Of a stretch of 64,000 nt of DNA, positions 1-9,202 are shown piece after piece. Positions within the stretch are counted from its first letter, which is position 1, and every line of letters starts with the position of its first letter. The notes under the pieces are model-generated. The model saw only the letters and a program-made list of their open reading frames with translations. It was not told where the DNA came from and did no database searches. The DNA is from Nanobdellota archaeon (GTDB lineage: Archaea; Nanobdellota; Nanobdellia; Woesearchaeales; GW2011-AR4), in assembly GCA_038046385.1 (NCBI GenBank), contig JBBSWH010000001.1, positions 64,001 to 128,000 on the forward strand, given 5' to 3'. Both the position numbers and the translations under genes were made by a program.

Positions 1-131
1 ATTTACAAACTTGCTGAAAGAAAAAGAAAGGTCTGAATTCTCAAGAGAGTTTAAGTCTGAGTTTTTGGAATAATCCCTTATAAAATGTTGTCCTGCTAAT
101 CTGATTCATCCTCTTTGGCGCATTCAAAGCA

Positions 132-1100
132 TTACACATCTGAAGAGAAAGGGCTCCAAACCATTACATACTCTTTTGTGATTGTTGAGACATCATAATC
201 ATTGTACTGGTTTATAAACCTTATTCTGAACTCGTCTGTAATTTTCTTAAGCTCTTCTGACCCACTTACATGGATTTCAGCCAATACATCGTATTTTCCT
301 AAAAGCTCTATCGCAAAAAGGCATTTATTTGTTGAATTGAAAAACCGGATAATCTCTTTTTTTGCAGAGGAATCTTTTAATGAAATGTTTATCTGAAAAA
401 ACGTCAAGCCCAATTTATCGAAATTAGGGGAGGTTACATAAGCCAGAATAATATTATCCTTCTCAAGTTTTTTGAGCCTGTACTTGACAACTTTATGGTC
501 TATTTTAAGCTTATCTGCAATCTCAATCAGCGGCATTCTGGAATTTTTAGATAATGCCGCAAGTATCTGCTTTTCAATTCCGTCTAATTCATAATTACCC
601 AGCTTTATAGGGTATACCCAGTCTTTATTTTCTTTGCCTTCATAGAGAAACCTTTGGTTAATCCTGTGGGTTGTCAAAAATGTCACTAAATCTTTCTCTT
701 GGATGTACTCCCCATACAATTCCATGAAATTATCCTGAAAATTGATTATATCAACAGAACTTTTTCCCATAACCAAAATGAAACAATCATAATTCCCTTC
801 AATGCTTGCAAGATAAGCGATATGCTCCTGCCTGCTGACATATTCAAATAATTCCTGCTCTTTTTGCGGCGTTATATTCTTGAATTTTATGTAGAACTTA
901 ACATAGTACCAGCCCAGCTTGGAGGTGTTAAAAACAGTGTAAAAATCCTTGATTACCTTATTTTTAATCAGCCTGTTAATCCTAAAGTTAACGGTTTCCT
1001 TGCTTTTGTTCAGCTTTTTGGCCAGCTGGGATGCAGAGATTCTGGCGTTTAAATCAAGGCTGCACATAATTTTTTTGTCCAATAAGTCTAAATTTTCCAT
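132..1100 (-). CDS. Lrp/AsnC family transcriptional regulator, tandem (double) domain
   Basis: Two wHTH+RAM units (DLLDKKIM..NARISASQLAKKL; LDGIEKQIL..NSRMPLIEIADKL); divergent from the 1212-3430 operon. Confidence 0.9.
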   Translation of the reverse strand: MENLDLLDKKIMCSLDLNARISASQLAKKLNKSKETVNFRINRLIKNKVIKDFYTVFNTSKLGWYYVKFYIKFKNITPQKEQELFEYVSRQEHIAYLASIEGNYDCFILVMGKSSVDIINFQDNFMELYGEYIQEKDLVTFLTTHRINQRFLYEGKENKDWVYPIKLGNYELDGIEKQILAALSKNSRMPLIEIADKLKIDHKVVKYRLKKLEKDNIILAYVTSPNFDKLGLTFFQINISLKDSSAKKEIIRFFNSTNKCLFAIELLGKYDVLAEIHVSGSEELKKITDEFRIRFINQYNDYDVSTITKEYVMVWSPFSSDV

Positions 1101-1200
1101 ATTATTACTACTTTTATGATTAATATATAAATATTTCGTATTTTGAGTAAAATTAACATAAAAACTTTAATATATCTAATATATGACGATTATTACTACT
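1101..1200. promoter_or_regulatory. Divergent promoter region with a 12-bp direct repeat ATTATTACTACT (1101-1112, 1189-1200), candidate Lrp operator
   Basis: Exact repeat seen close to both start codons; AT-rich TATA-like boxes lie between. Confidence 0.4.
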
Positions 1201-1211
1201 AAGTGATTAAC

Positions 1212-2129
1212 ATGCAAAGATACAATTTTGTTTCGGGAATTGAAAGGATAACTCAAGAAGAACTAGCTAGGCTTAGGACTAGCCCTAAAGGCAGCCATAT
1301 TGATTTAATCTTGAAAGAATGCCTCTTAGATGCGGAGTATGACCAAGGTAAACTAGATCTGGTGTTATCTTCACAAAATAACTTATGGATGATAAATTCT
1401 TTCCCAGATATCCATCCTTTCTTTAAAGATTCATGTGAAGGAGATTTGCTAAGAAGTGAATTTTTATTCCTAAGATATTTAGGAGATGGAGTTTTTGACC
1501 AGTCTAAAAGGGCGCAGTATGTTAAGTATCTGGAAGAAAAAGTATTGGGCTCGCTTCCGCAAAAAGTTATTTTTAGATTATGCGATTATAACAACCAGGA
1601 TTTTAATTTTTTAAGAAGTGATTACAGCAGCAGAGGGGCAGCCCGGCTGCTGGAGCAGGGTGAATTATTGGAAACTGATTTGGAAGTAATTAAATTATTA
1701 CAAAGAAGCGGCAGAGATGTTAAAGTTTTAGTGCCTTATGTTCTTTTTCCAGAAGAATTTGCCGATGTCAAAAAAAGAGTCAAGGAAAGTGTTGGAAATG
1801 TTAATGTAGGAACAATGCTTGAAGTTCCTGCAAACCTGCTTGAAATTGATAAGTATTCTGAAGCTGATTTTTATGTATTTGGCCCGGGAGATTTAACAAA
1901 AAGCCTATACGGCGGAATCGACAGAAATTCTCCGAACTTCAGCCTAGTCAACAATGGATTAGCAGTGCCCATGGTTAAAGATTGTTTGGACACTCTTGAA
2001 AGATTGGGACAGCGAAAAACAGTCTACTTAGTTAAAAACCTGATTGGCCGGGATTTTGGAGAGCATAAGAATTTGTGTTTAGTAAACATGTATTCTCCAT
2101 CGCAATTAGCAGCGGGTGCAAGAAAATGA
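1212..2129 (+). CDS. Stand-alone PEP-utilizer C-terminal (PEP/pyruvate-binding TIM barrel)-like protein
   Basis: LLRSEFLF, VIFRLCD, VLVPYV, GTMLEVP, FGPGDLT..GIDRN match PPDK/PEPS/EI barrel motifs; no phospho-His domain. Confidence 0.75.
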   Translation: MQRYNFVSGIERITQEELARLRTSPKGSHIDLILKECLLDAEYDQGKLDLVLSSQNNLWMINSFPDIHPFFKDSCEGDLLRSEFLFLRYLGDGVFDQSKRAQYVKYLEEKVLGSLPQKVIFRLCDYNNQDFNFLRSDYSSRGAARLLEQGELLETDLEVIKLLQRSGRDVKVLVPYVLFPEEFADVKKRVKESVGNVNVGTMLEVPANLLEIDKYSEADFYVFGPGDLTKSLYGGIDRNSPNFSLVNNGLAVPMVKDCLDTLERLGQRKTVYLVKNLIGRDFGEHKNLCLVNMYSPSQLAAGARK

Positions 2130-3430
2130 GCGATACACTTAATCATCATGAATCAATAGAAGAAAGCACATTATCCGATATTGCCGCAAATCTTGCCGGA
2201 AAAAAACCCATGAAGGAAACAGAAACAAAGTACGGCAATTCGTATTATTATGGGGCTTCTGATGATAAACCGGTTTCATTGGAGGCAATGCTTCAAACTG
2301 TTAAGGGCGCTGAAATTGATGATTTGTATGTCCACATTCCTTTTTGCATAGCTGCATGCAGCTACTGCACCTATCCAAAGATGATAGGGCCAAGTGAAGG
2401 GCAAGTAGCCAGTTACATCAGAGAATTAAGAAAAGAAATTTCAAAATACAAACAATTATTTGGGTTCTCCGGCTTAAAAACAATCCATGTAGGGGGAGGC
2501 ACTCCTAATTTTCTTAATCTTGAACAGTTAAGCGAAGTTCTGGGAATGATTACTTCTGAGTTTCCAACACGCAATCTAAAGGAGTTAGCCATTGAGGTTT
2601 CACCAGTCGGATTGAATGAAGACAAACTAAGATTAATTTTGAGTTATGGGTTTAACAGGATTAGTATTGGGATACAGACATTTGATGACGGAATTAATGA
2701 ACAAAACGGAAGGAAAGGCCAAAGAGTAGAAGAAGCAATCAGGCTCGTTGGAGTTGCAAAAAAATACTTCCCGAATGTGTCCATTGATTTGTTGGCAGGG
2801 CAGCAAGGCCAGACTGCAGAATCTTCCCATAAAGATGCTGAAAAGGCCCTTAAATTAGGCGTTAATTCGGTTTATCTTTATCAGGTAAGGCAGTCTTTTA
2901 AGGATGGAGGAATGGAAGAGATTCTGGCGTTAAACGATTTTCTCAATTATTTCAGCTCAAATGGATATGAAATCTTGTCACATAATCATATAATAAAAAA
3001 AAGAAATTCAGACGGCTATTGCGAGCAAAGAGGGGGGAGAGCCAGAATGGAGAATTTGCTGGGGATTGGCCCTGGCGCTGTTTCTGAAATAGAAGGGCAT
3101 ATTTTTAAGAACATTCGCCCTGCTAATTACCTAGCTGAAGGTGCCCAGATAGATGAAGGAAGCATAAAACTTAGAGCAGATAGAAACATTAAAGCCATGT
3201 TACTGGTAAGATCATTAAGATATTTTACCAAACCGGATGTCAATGGTATGCTGGTTGAAGATTATGTGGCTAAATTCGGAAGCAGCCCTTATGACGACTT
3301 TAAATCAGAGATTGATTTTATGAAAGGGGAAGATCTGATTAAAACAACACCGAAGAAAATAGAGGTTACTTCAAAAGGAATCCTGTTTACTCAATGGGTG
3401 GATAACTTTTTGACTAAGCACTATAAATAA
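2126..3430 (+). CDS. HemN/HemW-like radical SAM enzyme
   Basis: LYVHIPFC-CxxxCxxC (CIAACSYC), GGGTP, NRISIGIQTF, LGIGPGAVS; ATGA overlap with upstream gene. Confidence 0.85.
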   Translation: MSDTLNHHESIEESTLSDIAANLAGKKPMKETETKYGNSYYYGASDDKPVSLEAMLQTVKGAEIDDLYVHIPFCIAACSYCTYPKMIGPSEGQVASYIRELRKEISKYKQLFGFSGLKTIHVGGGTPNFLNLEQLSEVLGMITSEFPTRNLKELAIEVSPVGLNEDKLRLILSYGFNRISIGIQTFDDGINEQNGRKGQRVEEAIRLVGVAKKYFPNVSIDLLAGQQGQTAESSHKDAEKALKLGVNSVYLYQVRQSFKDGGMEEILALNDFLNYFSSNGYEILSHNHIIKKRNSDGYCEQRGGRARMENLLGIGPGAVSEIEGHIFKNIRPANYLAEGAQIDEGSIKLRADRNIKAMLLVRSLRYFTKPDVNGMLVEDYVAKFGSSPYDDFKSEIDFMKGEDLIKTTPKKIEVTSKGILFTQWVDNFLTKHYK

Positions 3431-3452
3431 AATTATTTTTTTAGCTTATTGT

Positions 3453-4799
3453 TTACATCCCTGGAAACTTTCCGCCGAACTTCTTCATCATCTTACCCAT
3501 ATCGCCTTTATTTCCTTTAAACATCTTAACCATTTTCTTGGATTGGCGGTGCTGTTTTATCAACTCCCTTATTTCTGATGCCGGCACTGCAGAGCCTTTT
3601 GAAATCCTGTCTAATCTTGATGAGTCGATTAAATCAGGCTCTTCCAATTCTTCTTTTGTCATGGAACTCATTGCTATTTTCCATTTTTTTAATTTGCCTT
3701 CCTGCACCTGAAGCATTTCCTTTGGCATCTTTAACTGCGAAAATCCTGGAATCATTTCGACAATCGAGCTTAACGGGCCCATCTTGGACATTGCTTCCAT
3801 CTGCTCGTACATATCAATGAGGTTGAATTCTCCTTTCAGGAATTTCTTTCCGAGGTCTTCTGCGTCCTCTACTTTGATAACCTCTTTTGCTTTTTCAAGA
3901 AGCGCTTCAAGGTCGCCCATTCCCAGCATTCTTCCGACAAACCCTTCAGGGTTAAACTGCTCAAGGTCTTCTGTTTTTTCACCGACTCCGATGAATTTTA
4001 TTGGAGCGCCTGAAACTGAACATGCTGTAAGAGCTCCGCCGCCTTTTGCAGTGCCGTCCATTTTTGAAACAATAACACCTGTGATATTGCAGCTTTTGTG
4101 GAACTGCTCGGCCTGCTTTTGAGCAGCCTGGCCGATATCAGCAGAAATAACCAACAGCCTTTCATTCGGCTTAATTTCTTTGTTGACATCTTCTATCTCT
4201 TCTATCAAATCTTCTGACAACGCATCACGGCCTGCAGTGTCAATTATCAGAACGTCAAATTCTTTGTATTCTTCTTTGTGCTTTTTCCAGATTGCTATCG
4301 GGTCTTTTGAGCTTTTGTCGTAGAATACCGGAACGCTTGCAGTCTTTCCGACTTGGGCAATCTGTTCCATTGCAGCAGGCCTGTGGACGTCTAATCCTAC
4401 AAGAGCGACCTTGTGGCCTCTCTTTGTGTAAAACCTTGCCAGTTTTCCTGCTGTTGTCGTCTTTCCGGAACCGAACAAGCCTACCAGCATAATCTTGAAC
4501 GGCTTTTCTGTCAATTCTATCTTATGCTGCTCTTTTCCGAGAAAATTAACCAATTCTCCATAGACAATGTTGACAATATGCTCTCTTTTTGTCAGGCCTG
4601 CAGGAGCTTCTTCTTCCAATGCCTTTTTCTTTATCTTTTCTGTTAAATCAAAGACTAGTTTTACGTTAACATCGGACTGCAATAATGCCCTTTGGATGTC
4701 TTTTATCAGCTCGTTGATTAATTTTTCATCAACAAAAAGGGATTTTGCTATCTTCTGCAAAGTGTTCTTTAATGAATCGCTTAATTTATCCAGTACCAT
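3453..4799 (-). CDS. srp54: Signal recognition particle protein Srp54
   Basis: GLFGSGKTTT, DTAGR, SKMDGTAKGGG, M-domain. Confidence 0.97.
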   Translation of the reverse strand: MVLDKLSDSLKNTLQKIAKSLFVDEKLINELIKDIQRALLQSDVNVKLVFDLTEKIKKKALEEEAPAGLTKREHIVNIVYGELVNFLGKEQHKIELTEKPFKIMLVGLFGSGKTTTAGKLARFYTKRGHKVALVGLDVHRPAAMEQIAQVGKTASVPVFYDKSSKDPIAIWKKHKEEYKEFDVLIIDTAGRDALSEDLIEEIEDVNKEIKPNERLLVISADIGQAAQKQAEQFHKSCNITGVIVSKMDGTAKGGGALTACSVSGAPIKFIGVGEKTEDLEQFNPEGFVGRMLGMGDLEALLEKAKEVIKVEDAEDLGKKFLKGEFNLIDMYEQMEAMSKMGPLSSIVEMIPGFSQLKMPKEMLQVQEGKLKKWKIAMSSMTKEELEEPDLIDSSRLDRISKGSAVPASEIRELIKQHRQSKKMVKMFKGNKGDMGKMMKKFGGKFPGM

Positions 4800-4851
4800 T
4801 ACTTCATGAGATAGAATTATTGTATAAAAAGGTTTGGTAAACCTTTATCAG

Positions 4852-5133
4852 TTATTTTCTTTTCATTGCTTTTCTTCTTTTCAGGAGTTTTTTCTGTTTT
4901 GCATTCATTTTGGCTCTTTTTTCATAAAGACGCTCATTAAATTCCTTATAACTAGGATCAATACTTTTTATTTTCTTAAAGTCCCTAAACCAATCTCTAA
5001 ATCCGTCCCTATAATCAACCCAATCATCATAAAAATCATTGATGAAGAAATCATATTTTATTATACCTTTTCTCGGTATTGTGGAATCTGGCGTGACATA
5101 TCCACTTTTTCTTCTATCTTTTCTGCTTACCAT
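4852..5133 (-). CDS. Hypothetical basic protein (93 aa)
   Basis: ORF with ATG at 5133 preceded by GGAGG. Confidence 0.55.
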   Translation of the reverse strand: MVSRKDRRKSGYVTPDSTIPRKGIIKYDFFINDFYDDWVDYRDGFRDWFRDFKKIKSIDPSYKEFNERLYEKRAKMNAKQKKLLKRRKAMKRK

Positions 5134-5226
5134 CGGACTGCCTCCGAACACCTTGGCTTTGATTACTTGATTGGCAAACAAAGCCTATGCCATTTTATGG
5201 CATTTGTGTTCCTATGGCATTCCGAT
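5132..5226 (-). other. Branched inverted-repeat element (outer stem + two hairpins) overlapping SD and start codon
   Basis: ATCGGA/TCCGAT, TGCC/GGCA, GAACAC/GTGTTC enclose GGCTTTG/CAAAGCC and ATGCCAT/ATGGCAT. Confidence 0.7.
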
Positions 5227-5279
5227 ATTCATAACCGACTGAGTCATTTTTTTAACCTTAAACCAATAATTCTCATTTT

Positions 5280-5645
5280 TTACATTGGAATTATTTTTAT
5301 TCCTTCTTTATCCTTGGTTAACGTTCCATGCTTTCCGGCAGAAATGTTGTACTCGTTTGCAATATCGCTTGGGATTCTAACTGCAATGCTGTTTCCCCAT
5401 TTTGAGAAAGTTATATCTTTTGCATGCCTTAATTTTCTGTATTTTCCCGCTAAAACTTTCAGCTGCTTCATATCCATCAGTTCTTCTCCGCATTCTAAGC
5501 ACCTATAGGCCTCAAAATCCAATCCATCCTGTTCCATAACATCTTTTTTCTTTTCCATTTTTCCTTTCTGGCATACCGGACACACTAAAAAATCACCTTG
5601 TGATTTTTTGTGCATTAAAAATCTTTTAGATTTTTCCTGTTTCAT
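5280..5645 (-). CDS. Putative antitoxin: YgiT/MqsA-type Zn finger + AbrB/MazE domain
   Basis: CPVC..CLECGE then KWGNSIAVRIP. Confidence 0.75.
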   Translation of the reverse strand: MKQEKSKRFLMHKKSQGDFLVCPVCQKGKMEKKKDVMEQDGLDFEAYRCLECGEELMDMKQLKVLAGKYRKLRHAKDITFSKWGNSIAVRIPSDIANEYNISAGKHGTLTKDKEGIKIIPM

Positions 5646-5646
5646 T

Positions 5647-5889
5647 TCAGTTACCTCGTTCTATTGTTTTAATAATAATACAATGGCCCAAATCCTCTCC
5701 AACACATATTATTGAGCCTTCTCTGCCTCTTTTGATGAATTTTATTCCGTGCTTTCCAAATCTTTTTGATTTGCCTGTCTGCAATGCATCATAAACTTGG
5801 TCTGGAAAAGCAATCTCTCTTTCTCTTGCCCTTTTAACTGCATGGACTTTGATGACAATCAGCTTGCCTTGAAAGTAAATGCTTTCCAT
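5647..5889 (-). CDS. Putative DUF4258-like (RelE/BrnT-fold) toxin
   Basis: HAVKRARER.I motif, C-terminal IIIKTI, coupled to antitoxin. Confidence 0.65.
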   Translation of the reverse strand: MESIYFQGKLIVIKVHAVKRAREREIAFPDQVYDALQTGKSKRFGKHGIKFIKRGREGSIICVGEDLGHCIIIKTIERGN

Positions 5890-6058
5890 TATGTAGATAC
5901 TTAGATATACATGTATATAAAGATTGCGGTTTTTATTATGGTTAATTGGTATTGATAGTTTACCCTATCACCACCCTCTAACAACAACAAAACCTTATAT
6001 ATGGACATCTATAGTAATGTCAATATTATAGAAATAATACTATACAAGGGGTTAATTA

Positions 6059-6865
6059 ATGAAGGTTGATATTCCTAAGAAACAGCATCCAAACCTGGAG
6101 CGCTATTACAAGGAAGACTTGGACATTGCGTACAGGTTCGCAAATGAAATCTACATGGAGTTAGGGGCTTTCATAAGGGCTGTTGTAATTTTCGGCTCAA
6201 CTGCGAGAAGAACCAAAGGGCCTTCTGGCGATATTGACATTCTGGTTGTTATTGACGATTTAATGATGAGCATGACGCCTGACGTTGTCGAGGCATACAG
6301 GCTGATTGTGCAAAGATCTATTGTAAAGACATCAACAAAGCTGCACATAACAACAATGCGCTTTACAGCTTTCTGGGAATACATGAGAAATGGCGATCCA
6401 GTTGCAATCAACCTTTTGAGAGACGGAGTTGCCTTGATTGATTCAGGCTTTTTTGACCCGATGCAGGTTCTTCTGAAAAGAGGCAAGATTAGGCCTACGC
6501 AGGAAAGCATCTGGACATACTATTCAAGAGCGCCAAATACACTTTACAATTCAAGATGGCATGTATCACAGGCTGTTCTGGATTTGTATTGGGCTGTTAT
6601 TGATTCAGCGCATGCTGCATTGATGAAAGTTGGAGAGATACCTCCGACGCCGGAGCACGTTGCGGATTTACTGGACCAGAAGCTTGTAAAGAGAAAAATG
6701 CTTGAGCACAAATATGTAATAATAATGAAGAATTTCTACAGATTAATGAAGATGATAACCCACAGGGAAATAACCGAAGTCAAGGGAGAAGAGTATGACC
6801 GGTATTTTAAAATTGCAGAGGATTTTGTCAAAAGAATGAGAAAGATTATCGAGCACGGGAAATAA
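6059..6865 (+). CDS. Minimal nucleotidyltransferase (MNT) fused to HEPN-like domain
   Basis: IFGSTARR..DIDILVVIDD; C-terminal helical YWAVIDSAHAAL..H. Confidence 0.8.
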   Translation: MKVDIPKKQHPNLERYYKEDLDIAYRFANEIYMELGAFIRAVVIFGSTARRTKGPSGDIDILVVIDDLMMSMTPDVVEAYRLIVQRSIVKTSTKLHITTMRFTAFWEYMRNGDPVAINLLRDGVALIDSGFFDPMQVLLKRGKIRPTQESIWTYYSRAPNTLYNSRWHVSQAVLDLYWAVIDSAHAALMKVGEIPPTPEHVADLLDQKLVKRKMLEHKYVIIMKNFYRLMKMITHREITEVKGEEYDRYFKIAEDFVKRMRKIIEHGK

Positions 6866-6879
6866 GCATTTTTTGATGA

Positions 6880-7068
6880 TTATCTCCAAAATTTTATTTT
6901 TTTCTTTGCCTTCTTAAACTGTTTTACCATTTTCTTTTTCTCAAATCCAAGAAGCAAAAGCCCTGCAAAAATCAAAAGAACTCCTTGGAGTATCGGAAGG
7001 AAAAGCCCTACTACTCCCAATATTATAAGGCACACTCCAAGTATTTTTTTTAAAGTTTTAAGCCACAT
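6880..7068 (-). CDS. Small membrane protein (PGPGW/DUF454-like)
   Basis: Hydrophobic hairpin GLFLPILQG. Confidence 0.6.
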   Translation of the reverse strand: MWLKTLKKILGVCLIILGVVGLFLPILQGVLLIFAGLLLLGFEKKKMVKQFKKAKKKIKFWR

Positions 7069-8003
7069 TATGTGTTCACTCTTATTGAAGAAACTGTTTT
7101 TCTGTCAAGAACAGCGCTTCCGATTCCTTTGCCGACAAAAAAAGACTGCTTGCTCATTGCGCTGCTGATTAAATCAAAGAATCCCTTTTCATTTTCATAC
7201 TCAACAAGCTCTGCAGTTATTCCTTCTTTATTTTCTATGTATGCAATAACTTCATCTTTTCCGCCAAGCTCGTCAACCAAGCCAAGCGTTTTTGCCTGCG
7301 CGCCTGTGAAAAACAACCCGTTTGCTATTTTGTCAACATCTTTTTTGCTCATGTGCCTGTTCTTTGCGACTTCAGATGCAAAATAATCCTTCATTTCGTC
7401 AAGGCTCTGCTGGAATAGCACTCTTTCTTCAGGAGTCATTTCCTTGAATGGGCTTCCCATATCTTTGTATTTTCCTGCAATCAGCCTTTCGTATGTTATA
7501 TTATACCTATCCAAAAATCCTGAAAATTCAAGATATGACGCAATCACTCCAATCGAACCGGTTATTGAAACCCTGTTGGCAACAACATAATCAGATGACG
7601 ATGCAATCCAGTATCCTCCAGATGCGCCCACTTCCCTTATCCATGCAACTGTTGTCTTGTTTGTCTTCTTTACAGCGTTAGCAATTTCTTCAGATGCAAC
7701 TGCTGATCCGCCCGGGCTATTTATTTCCAATATTATCGCTTTTATGTTGTTGTTTTTTGCAGCTTTTTCAATCAGCTCAACAGTGTCTGTTGATGAAACA
7801 ACGTCTTCAAAGAAAATACTGTCAGAGTCAGCCATTATAACCCCTTTGATTGGGATGACTGCTACATTTCCTTCAAGAGATTCAAAATCAGAATTTGAGA
7901 AAACAGATGCAAAAATTACAATGAAAAATCCAAGTATTGTAAGCCCGATAAGAATAAATATCGAGTATGCCCAGCTGAAATTTTCTGTTGGCTTGTTCAT
8001 CAT
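7068..8003 (-). CDS. sppA: Signal peptide peptidase SppA (S49)
   Basis: INSPGGS, ASGGYWIAS, TGSIGV, GKYKD. Confidence 0.95.
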   Translation of the reverse strand: MMNKPTENFSWAYSIFILIGLTILGFFIVIFASVFSNSDFESLEGNVAVIPIKGVIMADSDSIFFEDVVSSTDTVELIEKAAKNNNIKAIILEINSPGGSAVASEEIANAVKKTNKTTVAWIREVGASGGYWIASSSDYVVANRVSITGSIGVIASYLEFSGFLDRYNITYERLIAGKYKDMGSPFKEMTPEERVLFQQSLDEMKDYFASEVAKNRHMSKKDVDKIANGLFFTGAQAKTLGLVDELGGKDEVIAYIENKEGITAELVEYENEKGFFDLISSAMSKQSFFVGKGIGSAVLDRKTVSSIRVNT

Positions 8004-8194
8004 TCATCCCCCTTCTTAAAAGCCTGGAATATATCTTTGCGCCCCTGCTTTAGATTGTCAAGTATCTGGTCTTTTGCCATTTCCAAAAACCCAATGACTT
8101 CCTGCGGGCTAACATTCTGTGTTTTCATGGAAGTCTGTATGTTATTCCCGGCTATTTCTACTTTTAATAAAAAGTTTTTTTCAGGTTCTGCCAT
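8000..8194 (-). CDS. Hypothetical protein
   Basis: Tightly coupled ORF in the RDD-sppA operon. Confidence 0.65.
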   Translation of the reverse strand: MAEPEKNFLLKVEIAGNNIQTSMKTQNVSPQEVIGFLEMAKDQILDNLKQGRKDIFQAFKKGDE

Positions 8195-8698
8195 TTATAT
8201 CACCGTATAAGACTGTTTTTCCACAACCCTTGTCTTGCCAATAATTTCAGTAAGGCGCTGGTTTGATTTTGTAAAAAGCATAACCAAAGGATCGGCTATG
8301 ACCAACACATCAAAAGGAAAAATTGGAATAAACGCTGCGTTTCTTAAAGCCATCTGCCATCTCTTTTGAGGATTTAAATCGCTTACAACATACAGGTTCA
8401 TTATTTTTTTCCCAATTGTCTGGCCCATCCTGTTTTCCAGCTTGTAGAAATAAAGGAAAGTAAGAAGCGACATTCCGAAATAAATTGCTGCAATCTGGCC
8501 AGTTTGCTCTGTGCCGGCAAGCAATTTGTATGTATCAATAAAAGAGCCGTTTTGCGGAATCATTCCTCCTATGAATTTTCGGAATGGGATAAAAACAACA
8601 AGCACGATGATCAGCATGTCAATAAGGAATGCTACAATCCTTTTCCATATCAAGGCAGGGCTTATGAACTCGTCCTTTGGAAGGTTAATCTTCTTCAT
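8195..8698 (-). CDS. RDD family membrane protein
   Basis: WKRIVAFLID, GQTIGKK, QRL. Confidence 0.9.
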   Translation of the reverse strand: MKKINLPKDEFISPALIWKRIVAFLIDMLIIVLVVFIPFRKFIGGMIPQNGSFIDTYKLLAGTEQTGQIAAIYFGMSLLTFLYFYKLENRMGQTIGKKIMNLYVVSDLNPQKRWQMALRNAAFIPIFPFDVLVIADPLVMLFTKSNQRLTEIIGKTRVVEKQSYTVI

Positions 8699-8802
8699 AC
8701 TTATGGGTAATATTGGCTCTTTTTAAATGTATTTTTATCCATTAAACAAACAAAATCCCCTCATAGAAAGGTATATAAAGCAACCTCGGTTCAAAAGGTT
8801 AA

Positions 8803-9147
8803 ATGAGCAAGAAGAAAGAAGAGCAGGAAAAGCAGGAACATCTTCAGCATGAAATTTCTAGAATAATGACTCCAAGAGGCAACCAGACTTATGCGGTTGT
8901 TGAGCAAAGGCTTGGCGGATCAAGAATGAGGGCAAGATGCCTTGACGGAAAAACAAGAATCTGCAGGATTCCCGGAAGGCTGACCAGAAAATTGTGGGTA
9001 AGGGAAAGGGACATTGTCATTATCGAGCCATGGGAATATTCAGGGGACGCGAAAGGAGACGTAATCTACAAGTACACTCCGACGCAGCTTTCATTCATGA
9101 AGAAGAAAGGGTATCTGAAGCAGCTTGATGATTTTGAAGAATTCTGA
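8803..9147 (+). CDS. eif1a: Translation initiation factor aIF-1A
   Basis: LGGSRMRARCLDGKTRICRIPG..WVRERDIV. Confidence 0.95.
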   Translation: MSKKKEEQEKQEHLQHEISRIMTPRGNQTYAVVEQRLGGSRMRARCLDGKTRICRIPGRLTRKLWVRERDIVIIEPWEYSGDAKGDVIYKYTPTQLSFMKKKGYLKQLDDFEEF

Positions 9148-9202
9148 TTGTTATTACTTTATCATAGAAATATTTATATAGCGACGTGCAAATTCTTTGA
9201 AT

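Noticed and set aside
5132-5226. SRP RNA near srp54
   Set aside because: No helix 8 SRP54-binding motif and too short for archaeal 7S RNA
4834-5508. 224-aa + strand ORF and similar long antisense ORFs
   Set aside because: Antisense shadows of genes with recognisable motifs
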